In this document: in pieces, positions 46,758 to 60,927 of the stretch | Numbering within the stretch: position 1 is the stretch's first letter | Layout of the letters: each line of letters starts with the position of its first letter | DNA from: an uncultured Actinomycetota bacterium | GTDB taxonomy: Bacteria > Actinomycetota > Actinomycetes > Mycobacteriales > Mycobacteriaceae | Direction of reading: 5' to 3' | DNA length: 64,000 nucleotides | NCBI GenBank assembly: GCA_963834955.1 | Contig: CAWIDX010000040.1 | Location: 31,573-95,572 of the forward strand | Program-made: the position numbers and the translations under genes | Notes under the pieces: model-generated | Seen by the model: the letters and a program-made list of their open reading frames with translations, nothing else | What the model was told of the DNA's origin: nothing | The model's database searches: none

Positions 46758-46923
46758 GCTCAGCGCGGAGGCCACTGAACAGGTGAGCCAGCTCGGTCGG
46801 TCGCCTCGCGGCCGATCTTGGTCCGCGGGACCGGGCCGACCGGTTCGAGGACGTCGGGAAGCTCGCAGGGCCTCCAGTATCGGCGCAGCCCTACCGGGTC
46901 GCACGGCGAGCACCTGCTTCGTG

Positions 46924-47435
46924 TCAGGCGGCCACGATAATGATGATGGCCATCAGCACAACGAGCACAGCCGGCACCACCGCGAGCGCGATCGTGATGC
47001 CCACTCCGTTGTACTTCTGCGGCCCTTCGCCGAGCGACCCGGGGCTGAACGCAAACAACGGCGCCTTGTACTCCAACTCCGCGATGCGGCCTGGGTGCAC
47101 ATCCACGGTGGTGTCGGCCGGGCCGAGCCGCGGCGGCAGGAAGTAGGGGGTGTGGAGGCGAACGTGGTGACGCCCGGGGCGAGCCGGCACCACGGTGCGC
47201 CCCCAACCGACGGACGGCACCTCGTAGCCATCGACCGCGATCTTCGGCTTGAACAGCACCAGCAGGAAGGCCAGCGGGAAGAACTTGGTGGTCACGGCGA
47301 TGCCCTCACCCGCCTGGCCGGGGTACGGCGATGCGTACTGCTGTGCCTGGTCGGGATGAGGCTGCGGTGCGTGAGGCGGCCCGTACTGCGGTGGCTGCTG
47401 TTGCCTATACGGCTGTGGCCCTTCGGGAGTGTCAT
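46924..47435 (-). CDS. membrane protein with Gln/Pro-rich N-terminus, frameshift just after the ATG
   Basis: PQPYRQQQPPQYG leader, GWGRTVVPARPGRHHV beta domain and a C-terminal TM. Confidence 0.7.
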
Positions 47436-47465
47436 GCGCGCCTCTCGCACGACTGCGCTAGTCGG

Positions 47466-47699
47466 TCAGGAGTATTTGATCATCAGGCCGACGCCGACGA
47501 TCGAGACCACCCAGATGGCGGTGACGAACAGCGTCACCCGGTCAAGGTTCTTCTCGACCACGGTCGACCCAGCGAGGCTGGACTGAACGCCGCCGCCGAA
47601 CAGGGTCGACAGGCCGCCGCCCTTGGCGCGGTGCAGCAGAACCAGCAGGATCACCAGCAGGCTGGTGACGATCAGCAGGATCTGGAGGGTCAATTCCAT
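47466..47699 (-). CDS. secG: preprotein translocase subunit SecG
   Basis: LLHRAKGGGLSTLFGGG and VVEKNLDR. Confidence 0.95.
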   Translation of the reverse strand: MELTLQILLIVTSLLVILLVLLHRAKGGGLSTLFGGGVQSSLAGSTVVEKNLDRVTLFVTAIWVVSIVGVGLMIKYS

Positions 47700-47729
47700 G
47701 CCGGCCAGACTACAGGCTCAGCGCAGTAG

Positions 47730-48515
47730 CTACGGCAACGGTCCGCCCGCGGCGATAGCCGACAGCGTCGCGAACTGCTCGCCATCCAGCGACGCGCCGC
47801 CGACCAGCGCCCCGTCGACGTCGTCCTCAGCAACGATCTCGCCCACATTCTTGGCGTTGACCGAGCCGCCGTAGAGCACCCGGACGGTGTCTGCCACCTG
47901 CGGGGACGCGAGGTTGCCGAGCTCGTCCCGGATCGCCCTGCACACCTCTTGGGCGTCGGCCGCGCTGGCCACCCGGCCCGTACCGATTGCCCAGACGGGC
48001 TCATAGGCGATCACCACCTGCGCGATCTGCTCGGTCTTCAACCCGGCCAGCGACCCGCGCAACATCTCGACGTTGTGGGCCACGTGGTTGCCGACTTCCC
48101 GCACCTCCAGGTGTTCGCCGATGCAGACGATCGGGGTCAGTCCGTGGCGTAGCGCGGCGGCGGCCTTCTGGGCCACCAGGGCGTCGTCTTCGTGATGGTA
48201 GGTGCGCCGCTCGGAATGGCCGACGACCACGAAGGTGCAGCCCAGCTTGTTGAGAAGTGCACCGCTGATGTCGCCGGTGTAGGCGCCGGAGTCGTGGGGC
48301 GACAGGTCCTGTCCGCCGTAGGTGAGACGCATCTTGTCACCGTCCACGAGAGTCTGCACGCTACGCAGGTCGGTGAACGGCGGGAGCACCGCGACGTCGA
48401 CCTTGTCGAAGTACTTCTCCGGCAGCGAGTACGCGATCTTCTGCACCAGCGCGATCGCTTCGAAGTGGTTGAGGTTCATCTTCCAGTTGCCGGCGATCAG
48501 CGGCTTACGACTCAC
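47730..48515 (-). CDS. tpiA: triosephosphate isomerase
   Basis: AGNWKMN, GHSERR and [11 protein letters not shown]. Confidence 0.98.
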   Translation of the reverse strand: MSRKPLIAGNWKMNLNHFEAIALVQKIAYSLPEKYFDKVDVAVLPPFTDLRSVQTLVDGDKMRLTYGGQDLSPHDSGAYTGDISGALLNKLGCTFVVVGHSERRTYHHEDDALVAQKAAAALRHGLTPIVCIGEHLEVREVGNHVAHNVEMLRGSLAGLKTEQIAQVVIAYEPVWAIGTGRVASAADAQEVCRAIRDELGNLASPQVADTVRVLYGGSVNAKNVGEIVAEDDVDGALVGGASLDGEQFATLSAIAAGGPLP

Positions 48516-48523
48516 GTCTCTCC

Positions 48524-49753
48524 TTAGTCAAGAGGACCACTACCACTCAATACGTCCAAACCGGGCAGGGCCTTGCCTTCAAGGTATTCCAGTGAAGCGC
48601 CGCCGCCGGTCGAAATGTGCGAAAAGCCGTCCTCGGGCAGACCCAGCACACGCACCGCCGCGGCCGAGTCCCCGCCGCCGACCACGCTGAACGCGCCCTT
48701 GCCCGTGGCCGAGATGATCGCTTCCGCAACACCTTTGGTGCCAGCCGCGAAGGCCGGGAACTCGAAGACCCCCATCGGCCCATTCCAGAAGATCGTTCTG
48801 GCGTTGGACAGCAGCGCGGTGAACCGCTTCACCGATTCCGGCCCGATGTCCAGACCCGTCCGGTCGCCAGGAATCTCATGCGCGCCCACCACGTCCGGCG
48901 GGGTGTCTGCCGCGAACTCTTCACCGACGACGATGTCCACCGGCAGATGGATCACGTCGCCGTAGGTCTCCAGCAGTTCCCTGCAGGTGTCGACCATCTC
49001 GCTCTGCAGCAGCGACGTACCGACCGAATACCCCTGCGCGGCAAGGAAAGTGAAGCACATGCCGCCGCCGATCACCAGACTGTCCGCCTTCTTGGCGAGC
49101 TGCTCGATGACGGCTAGCTTGTCCGACACCTTCGAACCGCCCAACACCACGGCGTACGGCCGCTCCGTCGAGCGGGTCAGCTGCTCCAGGACCTTGACTT
49201 CGGCCTCCACCAGCCGCCCCGCGTAGGCGGGCAGCAACGTAGCGACGTCGTAGACCGAGGCCTGCTTGCGGTGGACGACGCCGAACCCGTCGGAGACGAA
49301 AGCCCCATCTTCGCCGACCAACTCGACGAGCTGCTTGGCCAGCGCCAATCGTTCGGCATCGTCTTTGCTCGTCTCGCGTGGGTCGAACCGCACGTTCTCC
49401 AGCAGCAGAATGTCACCGTCGGTGAGCCCTTCGGCACGAGCCAGCGCATCGGATCCGACCACGTCACCGGCGAGTTGGACATGTCTGCCGAGCCGATCGC
49501 CGAGTGCGGCGGCGACCGGCTTGAGCGAGTACTTCGGATCCGGGCCGCCCTTCGGACGGCCGAGGTGTGCGGTCGCGACCACCTTGGCGCCGGCGTCGGC
49601 CAACGCCTGCAGAGTGGGAACTGACGCGATGATCCGTCCGGGGTCGGTGATGGCGCCGTCGTCGTCGAGCGGCACGTTGAGATCCGAGCGGACGAGCACG
49701 CCTCGGCCGGAAACGCCTTTCGCCAGAAGGTCGTCGAGATTCTTGATCGTCAC
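48524..49753 (-). CDS. pgk: phosphoglycerate kinase
   Basis: [21 protein letters not shown] and STGGGASLE. Confidence 0.98.
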   Translation of the reverse strand: MTIKNLDDLLAKGVSGRGVLVRSDLNVPLDDDGAITDPGRIIASVPTLQALADAGAKVVATAHLGRPKGGPDPKYSLKPVAAALGDRLGRHVQLAGDVVGSDALARAEGLTDGDILLLENVRFDPRETSKDDAERLALAKQLVELVGEDGAFVSDGFGVVHRKQASVYDVATLLPAYAGRLVEAEVKVLEQLTRSTERPYAVVLGGSKVSDKLAVIEQLAKKADSLVIGGGMCFTFLAAQGYSVGTSLLQSEMVDTCRELLETYGDVIHLPVDIVVGEEFAADTPPDVVGAHEIPGDRTGLDIGPESVKRFTALLSNARTIFWNGPMGVFEFPAFAAGTKGVAEAIISATGKGAFSVVGGGDSAAAVRVLGLPEDGFSHISTGGGASLEYLEGKALPGLDVLSGSGPLD

Positions 49754-49768
49754 GGGCTATTCGGCAAA

Positions 49769-50827
<1,059 letters not shown>

Positions 50828-50876
50828 CTAGTGGGCAGGCATTTCTGAGGTACGGGCTACTGGTGAACCCAATTCT

Positions 50877-50907
50877 TGTCAGCAGATCGCTGCATACTCG
50901 AACATAT
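50877..50907 (+). promoter_or_regulatory. RecA-NDp/PafBC-type DNA-damage promoter with a half SOS box
   Basis: TGTCAG-N10-CATACT followed by TCGAACATAT; the second half-site GTTCGA is absent. Confidence 0.55.
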
Positions 50908-50940
50908 AGGCCTCGGCACTAAGCTAAGGTCGCCACCCAG

Positions 50941-51772
50941 ATGCTCGGCGGTGGGTTCGGCGCGAAGGCGCTCGCACCCAGCGGCGCGAGCGTCGTCGCA
51001 CAGTCGTTCACCGACGACCCCGTCGTACTAGGGCAGGTTGCGACCGGCGTATTGGACGTGCTGCCGGTGAAAATCTAAGCGACACAAGAATATTCGTTCC
51101 TACGCCAGACAACTCGGACCTCCGCGGCCGGGGTTGTTGCTGAAGGCGCTGTCAAGGGGACGAGCGTCTACGGCGTTACGAGAATCGAGCAATCGCTCGC
51201 CGTGGTAGAGCACTTGAGCGAGGGTGTGCCGAGGTTCTGGTTCATGGACAACACCGCCCTGGAGCAGTTCATCGAAAACGAGCCTCGCTTCGGATTGAGC
51301 GTGGCCGTCGAGTCCGTGGTGATCACCGCGATCGCCGGAACCTCGGCATCCAGACGCAGGTGTATTCGACCTCGGTGCTCACCACGGTCAGGAAGGCGAT
51401 CACCAAGCTCGAGATCAACGGCTACAGCCCCGCATCGATCGTGTTGCACCCGACCGACTTTGAGGGCATCGAGCTGGACTTGTCGAGCACCACGGTCGTC
51501 GAGTTCCAAGGGCTTCCCTACGACCCGGCCAGCCGTAGGCTCTACGGGGTGCCGATCGTCGCCACCGTCAGCCAGACCGTTGGCACCGCGCACGTACTCG
51601 CCCAGGTGCGGTCGCTGTTGATACGGATTCGCAGGGTGTGGGTGTGCAGTGGTCCGAGTCGTCCAACGCCGACGACTTCTCCAACAACCTGATCCGGGCC
51701 CGCTGCGAAGGCCGTTACGGCACTAGTGTTTACAGCCCGCTCGGCGTGGTGTCCTGCGACCTCACGGCCTGA
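50941..51772 (+). pseudogene. phage major capsid protein (HK97-fold, phiRv1/phiRv2-like) remnant
   Basis: KALAPSG, AGVVAEGAVK, VLHPTDFEGIEL, RLYGVPIV and DFSNNLIRARCEGR; in-frame stop and frameshifts. Confidence 0.75.
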
Positions 51773-51905
51773 TAGCTCGCCCGGCGGCGCCGGGGTTACC
51801 ACTTGCTGTGGCCCAATTTGACGGTTCCGTAACGGGGCGGCGGGTGCGAGCGTAGCGTCCGGCACAGACATCGGCCGTACAGCCGGGGAACGGGCAGGGG
51901 AAGAT

Positions 51906-52609
51906 ATGTTCACGAAGTTGGTAGTCGCCGCGATCGCCGCAGCGGCTTTCGTTATGTGTGTTGCGTCGACCGCAATTGGACAGGCTCAACCCAGCCGCCC
52001 CCTCCTGACCCGCCCCTCCCACCACAATTCACGGTGTCGTACACGACTTTGGGGAACCCAGGGTCTCCTGGCCTGCCCCTCCCACCACAACTCCCGGTGT
52101 CGGACACGGCTTTGGGGAACCCAGGGTCTTACCTAGCCGAGGGACCGCAGAACCCGGTGGGGCCGCTCCCACCACAACTCCCGGTGTCGGACACGACTTT
52201 GGGCAACCCAGTGTCTCCTGACCTGCCTCTCCCACCACAACTCCCGGTGTCGGACACGACTTTGGGGAACCCAGTGTCTCCTGACCTGCCCCTCCCACCA
52301 CAACTCCCGGTGTCGGACACGACTTTGGACAACCCAGTCGCAGTCGCGCCCACCGCGCACGCCGACACCGACGCCGACTTCCTGGATGCGATGCACCAGA
52401 ACGGGGCGGTGGGAATCAACGGCGACCAGGGATTGATCGATGCGGCCCACAATATCTGCAGCGACCTGGACAGCGGCACGACGAAACAGGTGCTTTCCGT
52501 GCGGATCGGCGAACAGAACCCGAACCTGCGGCCCGGCCAGATCAGCTTCGTGATGAACAGGGCCGAGCAGTACTACTGCCCGTCGCACTTCTTATCACCG
52601 ACGCAGTAA
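51906..52609 (+). CDS. secreted DUF732-domain protein with Pro-rich repeats, frameshift near 51990
   Basis: Signal peptide MFTKLVVAAIAAAAF...; C-terminal DADFLDAM...AHNICSDL...YYCP. Confidence 0.75.
52010..52337 (+). repeat. five copies of a 63-bp coding repeat (PLPPQLPVSDTTLGNPVSPDL)
   Basis: ACCACAA anchors at 52021, 52084, 52171, 52234 and 52297 (spacing 63, 87, 63, 63). Confidence 0.9.
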
Positions 52610-52689
52610 ACCGACACCGTCGAAAAGTTTGGAATTTGCACAAAGCCCGACAGTATGTCGGCCGTGCGGCGCTTGACGGGGCGGGAGGG

Positions 52690-52994
52690 GCATCCCCTGG
52701 GGGTCACGGTGTGCTACCGGTCGCGTTGGGGGCGAACGCTTCCCGCCAGCGGTTGACGGGTTCGCGGGGCACCGATGCGCCGCGCGCGAGTTAGAGCAAG
52801 CGCGCAAGGCCGAGATCAAGGCACGCCAGTTCCGTAACCACATGCGGCTCATGCGTGCTTTCTTCACAAGCGAACCGAGCACCAACCCGATGTGCCAGTG
52901 GATTAATGATCCGCGGGAGCCCGAAGAGCTGCCACCGGACTGGGTGCCGGAGGAACCGCCTTTCGACCCGCTCCCCGACGACCCGCCGTTCTGA
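52690..52994 (+). pseudogene. DUF222/13E12-repeat HNH gene, C-terminal remnant
   Basis: FRNHMR...WINDPREPEELPPDW...DDPPF-stop; a PPF ending is typical of this family. Confidence 0.5.
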
Positions 52995-53013
52995 CGCGGC
53001 CATCCAGCGAAAA

Positions 53014-53991
53014 TCAGGCCTCTTCGAGCAACTCCGGCGTCACCGCGGACTCGGTGTCAGGGATGCCCTCCTGCTTGGCCTTTCGGTCGGCCATCGACAA
53101 GAGCCGTCGAATACGGCCCGCCACAGCGTCTTTCGTCATCGGCGGATCCGCCAGCCGACCCAACTCCTCCAGGGACGCCTGCCGGTGCTCGACGCGCAAC
53201 TTGCCCGCGGCAGCCAGATGGTCGGGCACAGCGTCACCGATAATCTCCAGCGCGCGCTCCACTCGCGCCGCGGCCGCTACCGCCGCACGCGCCGACCGCC
53301 GCAGATTGGCATCGTCGAAGTTGGCCAATCGGTTGGCGGTGGCCCGCACCTCGCGCCGCATCCGCCGCTCTTCCCAGGTCAGCCGGGTGTCCTGAGCGCC
53401 CATTCGGGTCAGCAGCGCCCCGATGGCATCCCCGTCGCGCACGACGACCCGATCACTGCCCCGCACCTCGCGTGCCTTCGCGCTGACCCCCAGCCGCCGC
53501 GCCGCCCCCACCAGCGCGAGCGCCGCCTCCGGTCCGGGGCAACTGACCTCCAGTGCCGACGAGCGGCCCGGCTCGGTCAGCGATCCGTGCGCCAAAAATG
53601 CTCCGCGCCACGCGGCTTCCGCGTCGGCGACGTTGCCGCCGACTACCTGTGCCGGAAGGCCGCGCACCGGTCGACCCCGCATATCGAGGAGACCCGTCTG
53701 CCGGGCTAATGCCTCGCCGTCCTTGGCGACACGAACGACATAGCGGGTGGTCTTGCGGATACCGGTCGACGACAGCACCTGCACCGTGGCGGTGTACCCG
53801 TAAAGGTCATAGATGTCCTTGCGCAGCCGACGGGCGATGATCCCGAGGTCCACCTCGGCTTCGACGACCACCCGGCCGGCGACGATGTGCAGGCCTCCCG
53901 CGAACCGCAGCAGTGAGGCGACCTCGGCCCGGCGGGCGCTGACCGAGTTGACGACCAACCTGCTCAACTCGTCCTTGACCTCAGCGGTCAT
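53014..53991 (-). CDS. whiA: DNA-binding cell-division regulator WhiA
   Basis: [35 protein letters not shown] and [12 protein letters not shown]. Confidence 0.96.
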   Translation of the reverse strand: MTAEVKDELSRLVVNSVSARRAEVASLLRFAGGLHIVAGRVVVEAEVDLGIIARRLRKDIYDLYGYTATVQVLSSTGIRKTTRYVVRVAKDGEALARQTGLLDMRGRPVRGLPAQVVGGNVADAEAAWRGAFLAHGSLTEPGRSSALEVSCPGPEAALALVGAARRLGVSAKAREVRGSDRVVVRDGDAIGALLTRMGAQDTRLTWEERRMRREVRATANRLANFDDANLRRSARAAVAAAARVERALEIIGDAVPDHLAAAGKLRVEHRQASLEELGRLADPPMTKDAVAGRIRRLLSMADRKAKQEGIPDTESAVTPELLEEA

Positions 53992-55030
53992 CGCCACGGG
54001 TCGTCACCTCCGGTCCATCCAGACTCGGTTCCCCATTCGACACGCCGGCCGCAGGTGTCGGCACCGTTGGCGAGGACGGCATGACCGCCTTGCGCCCTCG
54101 GATGCTGTCCAGCACGGCGGCCAATTTTGCCGGGTCATGTAGGGACGTGCCAGTCCGCGCCACATCAGCAAACCTTACGTCGGCGTTCAGCCGGGTCGCG
54201 GTGCGGCCCAGATGCTGACGCTCCCGCTCGCTGGAGACCCGCGCCACGTCGACGACGATGTCATGCACCCGGAAACCCGGCGCATGCTGGGACAGCACAT
54301 GCAGATGCCGTTCTGCCGAGAATCCGGCCGTCTCCCCCGGCTCGGCGGCCAAGTTCAGCACGAGCGCCCGCCGCGCGGGGGTCGCTTGCAAAGCCGCGGC
54401 CAGCCCCGGCACCAGCAGATGCGGGATGACACTGGTGAACCACGAACCGGGGCCGAGCACAACGAGATCCGCATCCAATATCGCGTCCACGGCCTGACGC
54501 GTAGCGGGCGGATCGTCGGGTAGCAGACGCACTCGGCGCACCTTGCCGGGGGTTGTCGCGATCGCCACCTGCCCGCGAATCACACGGCTCATCCGGGAGT
54601 CGGCTTCCAATCCGGCGACGTCCGCCTCGATCTGCAGCGCGATCGGGCACATCGGCAACACTCTGCCCTTCACGCCGAGAATTCGGCCCAGTTCGTCGAG
54701 CGCGGCGACCGGGTCGGCCAGCACCTCGTTGAGCCCGGCAAGCATCAGGTTGCCGATCGGATGACCCGCCAGCGCGCCGCTGCCGCCGAACCGGTGTTGA
54801 ATGATGGTGGCCCACAATCTGCCATACCTGCTGTCGGAGGCCAAGGCGGCCAAGGCCATTCGCAGGTCACCGGGCGGCACCACGTCGAGTTCGGAGCGCA
54901 GCCGGCCGGATGACCCGCCGTCGTCGGCCACGGTAACCACCGCGGTGACGTGCGGAGTGAGCCGCCGTGCGGCCGACAACGTCGCATACAAGCCGTGCCC
55001 GCCACCGAGGGCGACGATGCGCGGACTCAT
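53981..55030 (-). CDS. yvcK: YvcK/CuvA (GlmR) family protein
   Basis: [20 protein letters not shown] and [10 protein letters not shown]. Confidence 0.93.
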   Translation of the reverse strand: MSPRIVALGGGHGLYATLSAARRLTPHVTAVVTVADDGGSSGRLRSELDVVPPGDLRMALAALASDSRYGRLWATIIQHRFGGSGALAGHPIGNLMLAGLNEVLADPVAALDELGRILGVKGRVLPMCPIALQIEADVAGLEADSRMSRVIRGQVAIATTPGKVRRVRLLPDDPPATRQAVDAILDADLVVLGPGSWFTSVIPHLLVPGLAAALQATPARRALVLNLAAEPGETAGFSAERHLHVLSQHAPGFRVHDIVVDVARVSSERERQHLGRTATRLNADVRFADVARTGTSLHDPAKLAAVLDSIRGRKAVMPSSPTVPTPAAGVSNGEPSLDGPEVTTRGDDR

Positions 55031-55956
55031 TCGCGGCCCATGTCGCGGTGCAGCACCCGCACCGATAGCTCGTCGTTGGGTTGCAGACGTTCGGCCAATG
55101 CCTCGGCCATCGCGACGCTGCGGTGTTTGCCCCCGGTGCATCCGATGGCGACGGTCATGTAACGCTTCCCCTCCCGTCGATATCCCTCCACCACGAGGGA
55201 TAGCAACTGATGGTAGGTGTCTAGGAAATGACCGGCGCCCGGTTGAGTCAACACGTAATCGCGGACGGCCGGATGCTGGCCGGTATGCGGCCGTAATTCG
55301 TCGACCCAATGCGGGTTCGGCAGGAACCTGACATCCATCACCATGTCGGCGTCCATCGGCAGCCCGTACTTGAACCCGAACGACTCCACCGTGACGCTGG
55401 TGTGTGCGACGGCCTCGCCACCGAACGCGCGTTCGATGCTCTCCCGCAACCCGCGCACCGACAACGTCGACGTGTCGATGATCAGGTCAGCCCCGGCGCG
55501 CAGCGGCGCGAGCATGTGACGCTCGGCGGCGATGCCCTCGGCCAGGGTCTGATCGCCCTGCAGCGGGTGGCTGCGTCGTACGTGCTCGTAGCGCCGCACC
55601 AGAATGTCGTCCGAAGCGTCCAGGAACAGCACCCGGGGAAAGATTCCGCGGCTTGCCAGATCTTTACGGACCCACCCCAGGTCGCCGGTGAAGCCGCGCG
55701 ACCGGACGTCGAGCACCACGGCCAGCTGGGTAATCCGCGATCCGGCAGCCAGGCCGAGATCCACCATCTGCGCGATCAGTTCCGGCGGGAGGTTGTCGGC
55801 GACGTACCAGCCGAGGTCCTCGAGCACCTTGGCGGCGGTGCCACGACCGGCTCCGGACAGGCCAGTGACCAGGACGACGTCAATGCCGGATTTGGCCGCG
55901 AGTGTCTCGTCCCTTGGGCTGTCCCGCAGCTCTTCGCCGGTGCCCTGGTCTGTCAT
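55027..55956 (-). CDS. rapZ: RNase adapter RapZ
   Basis: [24 protein letters not shown] and [11 protein letters not shown]. Confidence 0.95.
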   Translation of the reverse strand: MTDQGTGEELRDSPRDETLAAKSGIDVVLVTGLSGAGRGTAAKVLEDLGWYVADNLPPELIAQMVDLGLAAGSRITQLAVVLDVRSRGFTGDLGWVRKDLASRGIFPRVLFLDASDDILVRRYEHVRRSHPLQGDQTLAEGIAAERHMLAPLRAGADLIIDTSTLSVRGLRESIERAFGGEAVAHTSVTVESFGFKYGLPMDADMVMDVRFLPNPHWVDELRPHTGQHPAVRDYVLTQPGAGHFLDTYHQLLSLVVEGYRREGKRYMTVAIGCTGGKHRSVAMAEALAERLQPNDELSVRVLHRDMGRE

Positions 55957-57959
55957 CCGGATGCCCTGGTGTGATCATCACCCATCACCGGACTCCCCGC
56001 GGCGGTTCCCGCTGAATCCGGCGAGGAGACACCGAGCGCGTCCAGCACCGCTCTGGCCGTCATCGGGCCGATGCCCGGCACCGCCGCGATCTCCTCGACG
56101 GTCGCCTGTTTGATCCTGGCCACCGACCCGAAATGCGCCACCAGCGCCTTGCGACGGCTCTCCCCCAGCCCGCGCACAGAGTCGAGCGCCGATGCCGTCA
56201 TCCGTTTCGATCGTTTGCTGCGGTGGTAAGTGATCGCGAACCGGTGCGCCTCGTCGCGGATTCGCTGCAGCAGGAACAATCCCTCGCTGTTGCGCGGCAT
56301 GATCACCGGGTCGGGTTCGGCCGGCACCCACACCTCCTCCAGCCGCTTGGCCAGCCCGATCACCGCGACGTCGGTGATCCCGAGCTCGTCGAGCGCCGCC
56401 TGCGCGGCGTTGACCTGCGGCACCCCGCCGTCGACGACGTACAGATTCGGTGGATAGGCGAACCGGCGGGTCTTCTGTTCAGCCGCAACGTCTTCGAACT
56501 TGCGAGCAGTATCGGACAGGTGGCGCGTGAATCGACGCCGGGTGACTTCGGCGATCGACGCCACATCGTCGGAGCGGCCCTGACCGGCGGCCTCTCGAAT
56601 CGCGAAGTGGCGGTAGTCCGATCGGCGCGGCAGTCCATCCTCGAAGACCACCAATGAGGCGACCACATCGGTGCCTTGCACGTGGCTGACGTCGACGCAC
56701 TCGATGCGCAGCGGTGCGTCGGCCAATCCGAGAGCATCCTGAATGCTTTGCAGCGCCACAGATCTCGCGTTGAAGTCGCCGGCCCGTTTGAGCTTGTGCT
56801 GTGCCAGTGCCTCCTGCGCGTTGCGGTGCACGGTCTCGGCCAGTGCCCGCTTGTCGCCCCGTTTCGGCACCCGCAGCGCCACCCGTGACCCACGCAGCTG
56901 CGACAGCCACGTCGCAACCTCGTCGGCGTTGGGTGGCAGTACCGGCACCAGCACTTGGCGCGGTACCGGGTTGGTGTATTCGTCTGCCGCGCCGTCCAAT
57001 TCGGCCTGCTCGCCGTAGAACTGGGTGAGAAACTGCTCGACGAGCACCTCGGGGGCCGAGGGGTCGGACTCGTCCGATCGCCCTGGCTTTTCGACGATCC
57101 AGCCGCGCTGACCACGGACCCGTCCCCCGCGGACATGGAACACCTGCACTGCCGCCTGCAACTCGTCGTCGGCGAAGGCGACCACGTCGGCGTCGGTGCC
57201 GTCGCCGAACACCACCGCCTGCTTCTCCAACGCCCGTTTGAGGGCAGAAAGGTTGTCGCGCAAGCGAGCGGCTCGTTCGAAGTCGAGCACCTCCGCCGCC
57301 TCGTTCATCTGGCGCTCCATTTCGCGCGCCAGCCGGTCGGTCTTGCCGGAGAGGAAGTCGCAGAAGTCGAGGACGATCTTGCGGTGGTCCTCGGCGCTGA
57401 TCCGCTCGATGCACGGCGCCGAACACTTGTCGATGTATCCCAACAGACACGGCCGGTCGATCTGCCTGTGCCGCTTGAACACTCCGTCCGAGCAGGTGCG
57501 GGCCGGAAATACCCGGGTGAGCAGGTCGAGGGTTTCGCGGATTGCCCATGCGTGCGAGTAGGGACCGAAGTACCGCACCCCTTTGCGCCGCGGCCCCCGG
57601 TACACCATCAACCGCGGGTATTCCTCGTTGAGGGTGACTGCGAGCACCGGATAGGACTTGTCGTCGCGGTAGCGCACGTTGAACCGCGGGTCGAACTCCT
57701 TGATCCAGTTGTACTCCAGCTGCAGCGCCTCGACTTCGGTGTTGACCACCGTCCACTCGACACTGCCCGCGGTGGTCACCATCTGACGGGTGCGTGGGCT
57801 CAGGCTGGAGATGTCGGCAAAGTAGGACGTCAGTCTGCTGCGCAGATTCTTGGCTTTGCCGACATAGATCACCCGGCCGTGCGGATCCCGGAATCGGTAG
57901 ACGCCCGGTTGCACCGGTATTGAGCCGGGCGCCGGGCGGTACGTTGCGGGATCGGGCAC
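55953..57959 (-). CDS. uvrC: excinuclease ABC subunit C
   Basis: GIY-YIG ([15 protein letters not shown]), [10 protein letters not shown] and a C-terminal HhH. Confidence 0.97.
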   Translation of the reverse strand: MPDPATYRPAPGSIPVQPGVYRFRDPHGRVIYVGKAKNLRSRLTSYFADISSLSPRTRQMVTTAGSVEWTVVNTEVEALQLEYNWIKEFDPRFNVRYRDDKSYPVLAVTLNEEYPRLMVYRGPRRKGVRYFGPYSHAWAIRETLDLLTRVFPARTCSDGVFKRHRQIDRPCLLGYIDKCSAPCIERISAEDHRKIVLDFCDFLSGKTDRLAREMERQMNEAAEVLDFERAARLRDNLSALKRALEKQAVVFGDGTDADVVAFADDELQAAVQVFHVRGGRVRGQRGWIVEKPGRSDESDPSAPEVLVEQFLTQFYGEQAELDGAADEYTNPVPRQVLVPVLPPNADEVATWLSQLRGSRVALRVPKRGDKRALAETVHRNAQEALAQHKLKRAGDFNARSVALQSIQDALGLADAPLRIECVDVSHVQGTDVVASLVVFEDGLPRRSDYRHFAIREAAGQGRSDDVASIAEVTRRRFTRHLSDTARKFEDVAAEQKTRRFAYPPNLYVVDGGVPQVNAAQAALDELGITDVAVIGLAKRLEEVWVPAEPDPVIMPRNSEGLFLLQRIRDEAHRFAITYHRSKRSKRMTASALDSVRGLGESRRKALVAHFGSVARIKQATVEEIAAVPGIGPMTARAVLDALGVSSPDSAGTAAGSPVMGDDHTRASG

Positions 57960-58016
57960 CCACCCAGGTTAGTACCGCCATCGGTTGCGCTCCGCTACCG
58001 TCGAATGGTGCGGAAG

Positions 58017-59965
58017 ATGTCGGGCACCCGGCGAATTACCGCCCTGCTATCCGGCGCCGTCCTGCTGTTGGCCGGATGCGGCGCCTCCGACGAGAACGCA
58101 CCCGCCGCCCGCGGGCCCGTGCGAGATCGTCGCCAACGGCACTCCGGTGGCCAAGACGCCGCAGGCGCCGCCGGGCGGGGCGGCCACCACGTCGCGCAAT
58201 CTGTCGACCAATCCGGAGGTGGCCACCGGCTACCGCAGTGACATGACAGTGGTGCAAACGAGCCGCTACGCGGTAGTGACCGCGAATCCGCTCGCCACTC
58301 AGGCCGCTTGCCGGGTGTTGCGCGACGGCGGCACCGCCGTCGACGCGCTCGTCACCGCGCAGGCGATGCTCGGCCTGGTCGAACCCCAGGCCTCCGGCCT
58401 CGGGGGCGGTGGCTTCCTGCTCTACTACGACGCCGCGTCCGGCGCCGTGGAGGCCTACGACGGGCGCGAGATCGCGCCGGCCGCGGCAGACGAGAACTAT
58501 CTGCGCTGGATCTCCGACACCGACCGCACCGAGCCGCGACCCGATGCGCGCGCGTCCGGGCGCTCCATCGGGGTGCCCGGGATCGTGCGGTTGCTGCAGG
58601 ACGCGCACGACGCGCACGGCCGAACGCCGTGGCGCGACCTGTTCGCCCCGGCAATCTCCTTGGCCGACAGTGGGTTCGACATCAGCCCGCGCCTGGCCGC
58701 TGCCATCGCCGACGCCGCGACGCAGCTCCGGGTCGACCGGGACGCCTCGGCCTACTTCCTCAACCCCGACGGCAGCCCGAAGGCGGCCGGAACTCGCTTG
58801 ACCAATCCGGCCTACAGCAAGACGCTGGGCGCGCTCGCGACGGATGGCGCGAAGGGGTTCTACACCGGCGCCATCGCCGCCGACATCGTGGCGGCGGCGG
58901 CCGACGCCTCCGGCGGCCGCACACCGAGCCTGATGACAGTCGAGGACCTGGCCACCTACACCGTCAAGAACCGGCAGCCGCTGTGCACGCCGTACCGCGG
59001 CCGCGAGATCTGCGGCATGCCGCCGCCCTCGTCGGGCGGCATCGCGGTGGCCGCCACCCTGGGCATCCTGGAGCACTTCGGCATGGCCGACCACAAGCCC
59101 ACCGATCTCGACCTGAACGGCGGTCGACCCACCGTGATGGGCGTCCACCTGGTTTCAGAGGCCGAACGACTGGCGTACGCCGACCGGGACCGCTACGTCG
59201 CCGACACCGACTTCGTGCCGCTGCCCGGCGGCTCTCCCGACACGCTCCTGAATCCCGCCTACCTGACCGGTCGCGCCGCATTGATCTCCCCGGACCGCAG
59301 CATGGGCACCGCCAAACCCGGCGAATTCGGGGCGCCACCGACGCCCGCGCCGCCCACGCCCGAACACGGCACCAGCCAGATAAGCGTCGTCGATTCGCAA
59401 GGCAACGCCGCGGCGTTGACGACGACGGTCGAGTCGGCCTTCGGTTCGTTCCACATGGTCGACGGGTTCATCTTGAACAATCAGCTGACCGACTTCGCCG
59501 CGGATCCCGTCGGCCCCGACGGCATGCCCGTGCCCAATCGGGTCGAACCCGGTAAGCGACCGCGCAGCTCGATGGCCCCCACGCTGGTGTTCGACGTTGG
59601 TCCGACGGGACACGGACCGTTGTACGCGGTGCTGGGTTCGCCGGGCGGCTCGCTGATCATCCAGTTCGTCGTCAAAACGGTTGTCGGAATGCTGGATTGG
59701 CGCTTGGACCCGCAGCAGGCGGTGTCCATGGTGGATTTCGGCGCGGCCAACTCACCGAAGACCAACGTCGGTGGCGAACATCCCAACATCAACACCTCGG
59801 ATAACGGCGACCACGACCCGTTGGTCCAGGGCCTGCGCAAGCTGGGACACCAGGTCGATCTGGCCGATCAGTCCAGCGGCCTTGCGGCGATCGCGCGCGT
59901 CAGCTCTGGCTGGGCGGGCGGGGCCGACCCGCGCCGGGAGGGACTGGTGATGGGTGACACCGACG

Positions 59966-59979
<14 letters not shown>
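58017..59979 (+). CDS. gamma-glutamyltransferase family lipoprotein, frameshift near 58100
   Basis: Lipobox LLAGC in an upstream frame; VEPQASGLGGG, nucleophile Thr in GTSQ, LNNQLTDF and KRPRSSMAP. Confidence 0.88.

Positions 59980-60927
<948 letters not shown>

Noticed and set aside
52010-52337. 63-bp periodic repeats as a CRISPR array
   Set aside because: No unique spacers, the unit is a multiple of 3 inside an ORF, and no cas genes are present
53014-53991. WhiA as a homing endonuclease
   Set aside because: Its LAGLIDADG-derived fold is a known domesticated feature, and it sits in its normal operon
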